Assembly: GCA_963674595.2 (NCBI GenBank)
Contig: CAXXFV010000023.1
Span: 288,001 to 352,000, forward strand
Direction: 5' to 3'
DNA length: 64,000 nt
From: a bacterium
Lineage (GTDB): Bacteria; Zhuqueibacterota; Zhuqueibacteria; Residuimicrobiales; Krinioviventaceae
Part shown: positions 56,610-64,000 of the stretch, in pieces
Layout of the letters: each line of letters starts with the position of its first letter
How positions within the stretch are numbered: position 1 is the stretch's first letter
Translations under genes and position numbers: made by a program
The notes under the pieces: generated by a model
What the model was told of the DNA's origin: nothing
The model's database searches: none
Seen by the model: the letters and a program-made list of their open reading frames with translations, nothing else

Positions 56610-59600
56610 ATGCAGAAAAAGAATTCTCTGTTTCTAGGGATTATTGTACTGTTGCTTATGGCTGTTACAGTAATCGCGCAGAACGACAATAACAATATGA
56701 AATGGCAACTCGCCTGGACATCACCGGCAACCCTGAATGAATCGGAACATCCGGTAGTCGGTAATGATGTTCCGGTCCCGTACCGTTTTTATAATTCAGA
56801 AGCATGGTTTGATTTTGATGGTGATGGTAACCTGGAATTTTACTGTGAGGACCAGGACCCCTACCGTGGTTATGTTTATGAAGCAGACGGGAACAATCAG
56901 TATGTATACCGCTGGCACATTGACTATTTCATAAACGACAGCACGAATTTGTTAAGAAGTGAGCGTTCATCACACGGAACAGACTGTGATGGAGATGGGG
57001 CGGATGAATTAATTCATCAGCATACTTGTACGATAACGGACCCTGAAGATCCGAATTATATTCCCTCGATTCGTGTATTCAAGCATGAAGCTGGTTCTGC
57101 TCAATTTTTGCCGGACCCGATGAACTGGACAGTAGCCTGGTATGATCTTCCAACGGGCCGGGAAGACAATTCATTCCGGCCGGAATATTACACGGATGCC
57201 GGAGATTTTGACAATGATGGCAAGGGTGAATTTGCAATCAATTACAAGCGTAATGCGACACATCATTTCGCTATTGTAGAGGTTACGCCTCCGTTAACTC
57301 CTGAAGAGGTAGAGTTCAAGATCGAGTTAATGCTCGACAAAGAAGAGTACATGAAACCAGGTGTAGAGATTGGAAACGGCTATAACAGTTGTCGAATAGA
57401 CGGCGAGGATTTGGATGGCGACGGTCGGGCTGAATTTTTCTTGTTAAACCGTGAGACACCAGCCGTATTGCCGCAGGCGGATTATTATGTAGACTGTGTT
57501 GGTCCAGACACCTATAATGTTCATGGATTTTTCAAGGATGATGAGATCGTATTTCCGGTACCTTATGTACGCATCGGAGAGAACTATACGTTTATCGATT
57601 TGGATCATGATGGTGTAAAAGAGATGGTCACGTATGCCAAGGGCTTGACCGAAGACGTAAATATGGGAATCATGTCATTGTGGGTAGGCAAGTTGAATCC
57701 TTCTGATCCGGCGCATGTAGTAAATATGGACAGCTGGTATTTGGTAGCGACAGTAGACCAGATGCTGGGATTAGAACCGGGAACATATTCAGGTGGCGGC
57801 GGCTGGATCGAAGCCGGCGATGCTGATAAGGATGGTTTTGGAGATGTTTATATCGGTGCTGGAGCTGATGGTCTTGTCATCGATGCCGAGTTTGTCGGTG
57901 ACGATCTTTCAGACGTAAACGATTACAATTTCTATCCTGTTTTTAATATGCAGACGGCCATGAATGATACGATCAACGGATACCATTCGGCCCGAAGTGC
58001 AATCGGCGATGGAGATAGTGATGGACAGACCGACATCGTTCTTTGGAACAAGGTTAAAGGTGAGACAGCACGCCCCGGTATTTGGATAATGGAATTTGAG
58101 ACCGGTGAATGGGCTGATAAAGACAATAATCAATGGCGACTCGCCTGGACATCACCGGCAACCCTGAATGAATCGGAACATCCGGTAGTCGGTAATGATG
58201 TTCCGGTCCCGTACCGTTTTTATAATTCAGAAGCATGGTTTGATTTTGATGGTGACGGTAACAAGGAATTTTACTGTGAGGACCAGGACCCCTACCGTGG
58301 TTATGTTTATGAAGCAGACGGGAACGACAACTATGTATACCGCTGGCATATTGACTATTTCATAAACGACAGCACGAATTTGTTAAGAAGTGAGCGTTCA
58401 TCACACGGAACAGACTGTGATGGAGATGGGGCGGATGAATTAATTCATCAGCATACTTGTACGATAACGGACCCTGAAGATCCGAATTATATTCCCTCGA
58501 TTCGCGTGTTCAAGCATGAAGCTGGTTCTGCTCAATTTTTGCCGGACCCGATGAACTGGACAGTAGCCTGGTATGATCTTCCAACGGGCCGGGAAGACAA
58601 TTCATTCCGGCCGGAATATTACACGGATGCCGGAGATTTTGACAATGATGGCAAGGGTGAATTTGCAATCAATTACAAGCGTAATGCGACACATCATTTC
58701 GCTATTGTAGAGGTTACGCCTCCGTTAACTCCTGAAGAGGTAGAGTTCAAGATCGAGTTAATGCTCGACAAAGAAGAGTACATGAAACCAGGTGTAGAGA
58801 TTGGAAATGGTTATAACAGTTGTCGAATAGACGGCGAGGATTTGGATGGCGACGGTCGGGCTGAATTTTTCTTGTTAAACCGTGAGACACCAGCCGTATT
58901 GCCGCAGGCGGATTATTATGTAGACTGTGTTGGTCCAGACACCTATAATGTTCATGGATTTTTCAAGGATGATGAGATCGTATTTCCGGTACCTTATGTA
59001 CGCATCGGAGAGAACTATACGTTTATCGATTTGGATCATGATGGTGTAAAAGAGATGGTCACGTATGCCAAGGGCTTGACCGAAGACGTAAATATGGGAA
59101 TCATGTCATTGTGGGTAGGCAAGTTGAATCCTTCTGATCCGGCGCATGTAGTAAATATGGACAGCTGGTATTTGGTAGCGACAGTAGACCAGATGCTGGG
59201 ATTAGAACCGGGAACATATTCAGGTGGCGGCGGCTGGATCGAAGCCGGCGATGCTGATAAGGATGGTTTTGGAGATGTTTATATCGGTGCTGGAGCTGAT
59301 GGTCTTGTCATCGATGCCGAGTTTGTCGGTGACGATCTTTCAGACGTAAACGATTACAATTTCTATCCTGTTTTTAATATGCAGACGGCCATGAATGATA
59401 CGATCAACGGATACCATTCGGCCCGAAGTGCAATCGGCGATGGAGATAGTGATGGACAGACCGACATCGTTCTTTGGAACAAGGTTAAAGGTGAGACAGC
59501 ACGCCCCGGTATTTGGGTAATTGAATTTGGTCAGGGAGTATCTCCTAATGGTGTTGACGCAAATAATGGTGACGCAACGCTGCCTGTTTCTTTTTCATTG

Positions 59601-59864
59601 AATCAGAATTATCCAAATCCATTTAATCCAACAACAACCATTAGTTATACTCTGGAAAAAATGTCCAAAGTTCAATTGGATATTTATGACATTAATGGAA
59701 GACTGGTTAAAACGCTGTTTACAGGTCAACAAGGACACGGAAACCATCAGGTTGTATGGGATGCAACAGATTTTAATTCTAATAAAGTCGCAACCGGTGT
59801 TTATTTCTACTCATTGGTTGTCAACTCTTCAAGAATCGTTAAAAAGATGACTTTATTAAAATAG
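56610..59864 (+). CDS. Secreted FG-GAP/VCBS double beta-propeller protein with FlgD-like CTD
   Basis: Signal peptide; 7 D-x-D-x-D-G motifs per repeat unit; NQNYPNPFNPTT CTD; ATG 56610 behind AGGAG. Confidence 0.8.
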   Translation: MQKKNSLFLGIIVLLLMAVTVIAQNDNNNMKWQLAWTSPATLNESEHPVVGNDVPVPYRFYNSEAWFDFDGDGNLEFYCEDQDPYRGYVYEADGNNQYVYRWHIDYFINDSTNLLRSERSSHGTDCDGDGADELIHQHTCTITDPEDPNYIPSIRVFKHEAGSAQFLPDPMNWTVAWYDLPTGREDNSFRPEYYTDAGDFDNDGKGEFAINYKRNATHHFAIVEVTPPLTPEEVEFKIELMLDKEEYMKPGVEIGNGYNSCRIDGEDLDGDGRAEFFLLNRETPAVLPQADYYVDCVGPDTYNVHGFFKDDEIVFPVPYVRIGENYTFIDLDHDGVKEMVTYAKGLTEDVNMGIMSLWVGKLNPSDPAHVVNMDSWYLVATVDQMLGLEPGTYSGGGGWIEAGDADKDGFGDVYIGAGADGLVIDAEFVGDDLSDVNDYNFYPVFNMQTAMNDTINGYHSARSAIGDGDSDGQTDIVLWNKVKGETARPGIWIMEFETGEWADKDNNQWRLAWTSPATLNESEHPVVGNDVPVPYRFYNSEAWFDFDGDGNKEFYCEDQDPYRGYVYEADGNDNYVYRWHIDYFINDSTNLLRSERSSHGTDCDGDGADELIHQHTCTITDPEDPNYIPSIRVFKHEAGSAQFLPDPMNWTVAWYDLPTGREDNSFRPEYYTDAGDFDNDGKGEFAINYKRNATHHFAIVEVTPPLTPEEVEFKIELMLDKEEYMKPGVEIGNGYNSCRIDGEDLDGDGRAEFFLLNRETPAVLPQADYYVDCVGPDTYNVHGFFKDDEIVFPVPYVRIGENYTFIDLDHDGVKEMVTYAKGLTEDVNMGIMSLWVGKLNPSDPAHVVNMDSWYLVATVDQMLGLEPGTYSGGGGWIEAGDADKDGFGDVYIGAGADGLVIDAEFVGDDLSDVNDYNFYPVFNMQTAMNDTINGYHSARSAIGDGDSDGQTDIVLWNKVKGETARPGIWVIEFGQGVSPNGVDANNGDATLPVSFSLNQNYPNPFNPTTTISYTLEKMSKVQLDIYDINGRLVKTLFTGQQGHGNHQVVWDATDFNSNKVATGVYFYSLVVNSSRIVKKMTLLK
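56701..59516 (+). repeat. Intragenic direct tandem duplication, period 1431 bp (477 aa)
   Basis: 56701-58085 aligns to 58132-59516 with about 13 substitutions counted by eye. Confidence 0.97.
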
Positions 59865-59899
59865 TGTAACAGCACTATTATTTAGTTTCTGCTTCTTGG

Positions 59900-59940
59900 T
59901 ATAGGGCTTCCTTGATTGTGAGGAGGCCCTATAATTTTAT
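59900..59940 (+). terminator. Stem-loop, probable terminator
   Basis: TATAGGGCTTCCT...AGGAGGCCCTATA followed by ATTTTAT. Confidence 0.65.
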
Positions 59941-60246
59941 TAAATAATTTCAAGCCGACTGTTTTGATCAAGATGTACTTTAATGTTTTTTCGGACTAAT
60001 AATATTGAAATTCTCGATCATCATATCATGGATGACAATGGTTTTAAATAAATATATTGATAAAATTACTGTTTTCGTTGTTTAATAGAAAAACATGTGA
60101 TAAGGCTATAAAATTATTTTGATATAAAAATGTAATGACGATAATAAATTAAACTGTTTTATGAATTTTTTTTTAGATCTAACTTTTTTAAAAAGACTGA
60201 AAGATTGATTAATATAGATAGCATATTTTTAAATTACCAAACGTTG

Positions 60247-60815
60247 ATGAAAAGTTTTAAAATTATTTCCTTTTTTAACCCTGGATTTACTAGAAAAGCC
60301 TTTTTACTATATATATTAATTATTTTTTCAAATCTTCCGGGAAATGTCAATTGTAAAAAAGCCGGCAATTCTTTTGAACCAAATTTTACTGATTTTCATG
60401 GCTATGAACAACCAAACGGCTGCCGGGATAATACTTTTAGGCCAAATTTTTACCTGCCTTTACATGGTACTGCTAACTTTTTTCGAACAACATATTTTTT
60501 CAGATCCAACTTGAGCAGTTCTCTTGTGCTCGGATGGAATATAAACAATAACGATTGTTCGCAAGCTGAAATGCAAAGCTTTATTGCGGATTTTAAACGA
60601 TTAACACCATATTATTATGGAGATTATTATCCATTAACAAAATTTGGCAACAGATTCAGGAATAATACTGGCTTTCCGTCGTGATAATTGTCGAGATGAA
60701 TCTCGCCATATATTAAATTTTTTATAAAGGTTATGATATTAAAACAGAGCAAACAGGAGCAGAATTAATGAAAGGGATAGATATTTATATTCCAGTGGAA
60801 CCGGGCTCTGATAAG
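60247..60815 (+). pseudogene. Degraded remnant, mostly C-terminal part of a GH36-like alpha-galactosidase
   Basis: NFYLPLHGT..YFFRSNLSSSLVLGW..FKRLTPYYYGDYYPLT, then out-of-frame AFRRDNC and TGAELMKG..I..EPGS; family assigned from memory. Confidence 0.55.
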
Positions 60816-60900
60816 TTATAAAATAGAAAAGTAAAAAATTATATTTATTATTAAAATTTCTTTGTATCATTGAATAGAAGTATGTTAGGATGCTTTTCAA

Positions 60901-61050
60901 TATGATCCGGATGGTTGGTACTGTTATACGGCGATTGAGTTTATAAATGATGATATTTTACTCTCTTGTTGTGCAGGAAACCGCAAACAAAAAACCGGGC
61001 TATCGGTTACACACGTATCTCTGTTAAATTTTGAAAAATTATATAAATAA
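60901..61050 (+). pseudogene. Orphan C-terminus of a sialidase/BNR-family gene
   Basis: YDPDGWYCYTAIEFINDDILLSCCAGNRKQKTGLSVTHVSLLNFEKLYK* with no long upstream frame. Confidence 0.55.
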
Positions 61051-61075
61051 TAAATTATAAAATAGAGAATGTATC

Positions 61076-62278
61076 ATGATTTCTAAGAACAAAAAATTTT
61101 TAACCTATGCGTTAAACATCTTGTTACTATCCTTTATCTTACCTACCATTTTAAATTGTACAAAAACTCCTTTATTTGAAAAGCAGATTGTTTTAAAACG
61201 TACCGAATCCGGTGCGTATGCAATTCCGAAAATTATTGTTACGAATAATGGGACCGCCGTTATTGTAGCACAGGACAGGGATGGCGGCGACTGGGGTAAA
61301 AAAATCCAACCTGTTTGTCTGCGCAGTACGGATGGCGGAAAATCCTGGAGTGAGCCTTTTTTATTAATCCCTGATGATTTTCCAAATCGTAATAATTTTA
61401 TTTTAAAGCCGACAGGTATTGTTGTTGATCAGCGTAATAATCGAATTTTTGTTTTTATAAATCGTTCCCCGTTGCCGACTCCGGAATTAGATATCGATGA
61501 ATACTGGTTTTATGCCAATATCCAAAAAACACGTAATATGGGCCGGGCCTGGTTTCTCACTTACAGTGATGATGATGGTCAAAGCTGGTCTGAACCTCGC
61601 GAAATTACACAGGAACTCATCGTAAAACCTCATTGGCAGGAATGGTCGCCTGTTCATAAAGGCATTCAGTTGGACAGTGAAGCTTATAAAGGACGGCTGG
61701 TTGTTCCGGTACGGTGTTATTGCCCGGAACAGGATCCGAGTGTTCATGATTTAAAATATCAATATAATGGTGTTATGTACAGTGACGACGGTGGTGAAAC
61801 CTGGATTCCCGGAGGGCGCAGCGATGCTTATCTTGGCGAATGTTCTATTGTTGAAACGTCCGACGGTTCAATATATGCCAATCATCGGACCGCCCGGGAT
61901 TCATCCCGTAAAACAGAAAGAATGCATAATCTCAGCAACGATGGCGGTGTCTCCTTTTCTCCATGTACATATTCCGGCGTTGCTGATGCCCGGTGTCATG
62001 CCGGTATAACGGCGCTGACTAAATCTGATGGAACACGAATTTTATTGATGACAAATATACCAGGCCCCAAGCGTGAAGGTTTGACTGCAAGTATCAGTAA
62101 AGATGATGGTAAAACATGGACTGCTAAAAAAGTTTTAGAACCGGGATATGCAGCTTATTCAGATATTGCAATATTGCCCGATAAAACAATATTGTGTGTT
62201 TATGAAACAGGTGATGAAACATCACGGCAACATTTGGCAGTTGCAAAATTTAATATAGAGTGGTTGGAAGAACAATAG
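61076..62278 (+). CDS. Sialidase-fold (GH33/BNR) lipoprotein
   Basis: Lipobox-like ILNC; five Asp boxes (STDGGKSW, SDDDGQSW, SDDGGETW, SNDGGVSF, SKDDGKTW); GRLVVP, GECS, AAYSDI, YE. Confidence 0.85.
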   Translation: MISKNKKFLTYALNILLLSFILPTILNCTKTPLFEKQIVLKRTESGAYAIPKIIVTNNGTAVIVAQDRDGGDWGKKIQPVCLRSTDGGKSWSEPFLLIPDDFPNRNNFILKPTGIVVDQRNNRIFVFINRSPLPTPELDIDEYWFYANIQKTRNMGRAWFLTYSDDDGQSWSEPREITQELIVKPHWQEWSPVHKGIQLDSEAYKGRLVVPVRCYCPEQDPSVHDLKYQYNGVMYSDDGGETWIPGGRSDAYLGECSIVETSDGSIYANHRTARDSSRKTERMHNLSNDGGVSFSPCTYSGVADARCHAGITALTKSDGTRILLMTNIPGPKREGLTASISKDDGKTWTAKKVLEPGYAAYSDIAILPDKTILCVYETGDETSRQHLAVAKFNIEWLEEQ

Positions 62279-62425
62279 AATTTTAAGGTAACGCTAATGT
62301 CAGTTTTTTTTCGTTATTAATGAAAAAACAAAAATTGACAAGATTACCAATTAAAAAGGGTGAAATCGATATTATAAACCTTGTTGATACAAGTTATTGA
62401 CGTTGTGTATAAATGGAGATAATTC

Positions 62426-64000
62426 ATGAAAAAATTTACATTAATAATGGCATTTTTGTTATTTATTAATTTAAAATTAACGGCGCGGGAAAAATTTATG
62501 TTGACTGATTTTAGTATTGAACTGAAAGAGATAACATCGGCGCCGCAGCATGTTTGGGTGAACAGTGGTTACACAACAGTCAATCCGCAACAAAATACAG
62601 TGATGAGTGTGAATGAGTTTTTCTCACCACCCTATGCCGCCAAGGAATTCAATTTGAGCGTCGATCTGAAAGCAGGCTCTCAACTCATTAAAGACACAGG
62701 TAGTTTCGGAAAGGGTGATGTCGGTTTGTTATACGCCGGCGGTACGTGGTTCCCTCATAAAATTGTACGACGAGGAACATATCATCATTTGAAAGAGGAA
62801 GGGCTCATTTCACTAGGCGTCACATCCGAATTGATTCCGTTGTTCGGTATTCCCGGATTTATGCTTAAAATTAAAGTCAAAAACAGAGGTGATCAGGCCA
62901 TTCAATTAAATCTCCTGCCGACGGTAAATCCTGGCAACCCAGTGTGTTTACCTCTGAACAAGTGGGCCTTTGGCCAACCCAAGTCCACCAAACCTGTAGC
63001 CGAGAATATTTCTGCTGCTGTTTGGGGAAATGAAGATGGGAAACTTGGCCTGTTTCAGGAGAACATGGAACCGGAACTTTTACCCGGTGCATCCTCCATA
63101 TCCTATGTTGTTGTTATGATGACGGCTGGCGACGGAAAGCTTCCGGAAACATGTAATCCCAGGGAACTAGAACAAGCTTCAATTCGTGCCTGGGAGAACA
63201 GGCTGGCAAAATATACGCGCAACATTCCCACACTCGAAAGCGATATTGATGGCTTGCAGGAATATTATTATCGCTCGGTGTTAAGCGGACTGGTGTGTAT
63301 CTGGGAAAATGATGCTTTTATCGTTAATCCATATTTAGCCACGGCGGGCATGGACGGTGGCGGCACATGTTCCTATTTATGGGATATTGCGGGTTATGTT
63401 CCGAATATGGTGAGTTTAATGATGGATTCGGATATTATACCGATTGCCCGGCAAATGGTTAACATTGATCTGGAAAAATATTATGCGTATGCGTTTGACG
63501 GTGGGGGAGTTGGTGTGCGCTATTCATACAGTCCAAATGCGTTTACAAAACTGGTTTGTTCAATTGCAAAATTTTTTGGTCCCGATGAGCTATTGTTTCA
63601 ATCTGCGAAAAAATTGATCCTGAATGATGAAAAAAACACAACACAGCGTGATCATCTGGTAGATTACGGCGTACAACACAATCTCCTGGAAATGCGAAGC
63701 ACAGGATGGGAACACTTTGTTGCGAGCCCCAATGCGGAACGCGTTTGGTGCCTGGATCAACTGGCAATATTGGGCGAATATGTTAATGAAAATCCTGATG
63801 AATGTGCTGCCTGGCGGGATAAAGCAAAAGTCATTAAAAAAGCTATTCAAACAGAATTGTGGGACGATGATGTTCAGTGGTTTATATCCAAATATCCAAA
63901 TGGTTATAACGACTGTGTGTATACCGTTCAGGTCTTTGATGTACTTCGAACCGGTGTATGCAATGAAGCTATGACAGATGCCATACTTGATCATTTACGT
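62426..64000 (+). CDS. Secreted six-hairpin glycosidase-like protein (3'-truncated; absent from ORF track)
   Basis: GGAG then ATG 62426, MKKFTLIMAFLL signal peptide; frame open to window end; YYYRS, SYLWD, NLLE, AAWRDKA..IKKAIQTELWDDDVQWF. Confidence 0.75.
   Translation, partial: MKKFTLIMAFLLFINLKLTAREKFMLTDFSIELKEITSAPQHVWVNSGYTTVNPQQNTVMSVNEFFSPPYAAKEFNLSVDLKAGSQLIKDTGSFGKGDVGLLYAGGTWFPHKIVRRGTYHHLKEEGLISLGVTSELIPLFGIPGFMLKIKVKNRGDQAIQLNLLPTVNPGNPVCLPLNKWAFGQPKSTKPVAENISAAVWGNEDGKLGLFQENMEPELLPGASSISYVVVMMTAGDGKLPETCNPRELEQASIRAWENRLAKYTRNIPTLESDIDGLQEYYYRSVLSGLVCIWENDAFIVNPYLATAGMDGGGTCSYLWDIAGYVPNMVSLMMDSDIIPIARQMVNIDLEKYYAYAFDGGGVGVRYSYSPNAFTKLVCSIAKFFGPDELLFQSAKKLILNDEKNTTQRDHLVDYGVQHNLLEMRSTGWEHFVASPNAERVWCLDQLAILGEYVNENPDECAAWRDKAKVIKKAIQTELWDDDVQWFISKYPNGYNDCVYTVQVFDVLRTGVCNEAMTDAILDHLR

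Noticed and set aside
56701-59516. Repeat pair as a diversity-generating retroelement (TR/VR)
   Set aside because: Mismatches are not adenine-specific, the unit is about 1.4 kb and in-frame, and no reverse transcriptase is present in the window.
60205-60684. 159-aa ORF as an intact novel gene
   Set aside because: Better explained as fused remnants, since related sequence continues out of frame beyond its stop.
62877-63994. Short ORFs 62877-63092, 63543-63767, 63590-63994 and 63717-63974
   Set aside because: All overlap the longer plus-strand gene starting at 62426.
1-64000. CRISPR arrays, tRNA/rRNA, IS elements, integrases, stop-codon recoding
   Set aside because: No regularly spaced repeats, cloverleafs, transposase or recombinase motifs, or in-frame stops in conserved genes were seen by eye; short RNAs could have been missed.

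Overview
AT-rich bacterial chromosome segment. FlgD/T9SS-like 'YPNPFN' C-terminal domains, a PorV-family gene and CarboxypepD-TonB receptors occur together with canonical TTGACA-17-TATAAT-type promoters and SD sequences, which suggests an FCB-group lineage such as KSB1 or Calditrichota (inference). Positions 1-37.3 kb are mostly housekeeping: sensor kinases, ispB-like, waaF-like, rsfS, argS, ychF, pdhABC, priA, peptidases and glycosyltransferases. Positions 37.4-42.4 kb hold a cobalamin riboswitch operon (cobO, a BtuB-like receptor, a secreted propeller protein). Positions 42.5-45.9 kb (minus strand) hold a TonB receptor preceded by two paralogous His-rich membrane peptides ending in RGPP and RAPP. 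The RAPP codons can base-pair with the receptor's SD, pointing to a metal-sensing ribosome-arrest switch; this is the top candidate novel system. Positions 46.1-64 kb hold a GntR/LacI-regulated, SusD-less glycan locus: TBDR, a large acidic secreted protein, PorV-like, PPIase, a protein with a ~99% identical 1431-bp internal duplication, a scar of gene remnants, an atypical sialidase-fold protein and a truncated six-hairpin glycosidase missing from the ORF track. No rRNA, tRNA, CRISPR or transposase was recognised. All calls come from reading motifs by eye; no database was searched.
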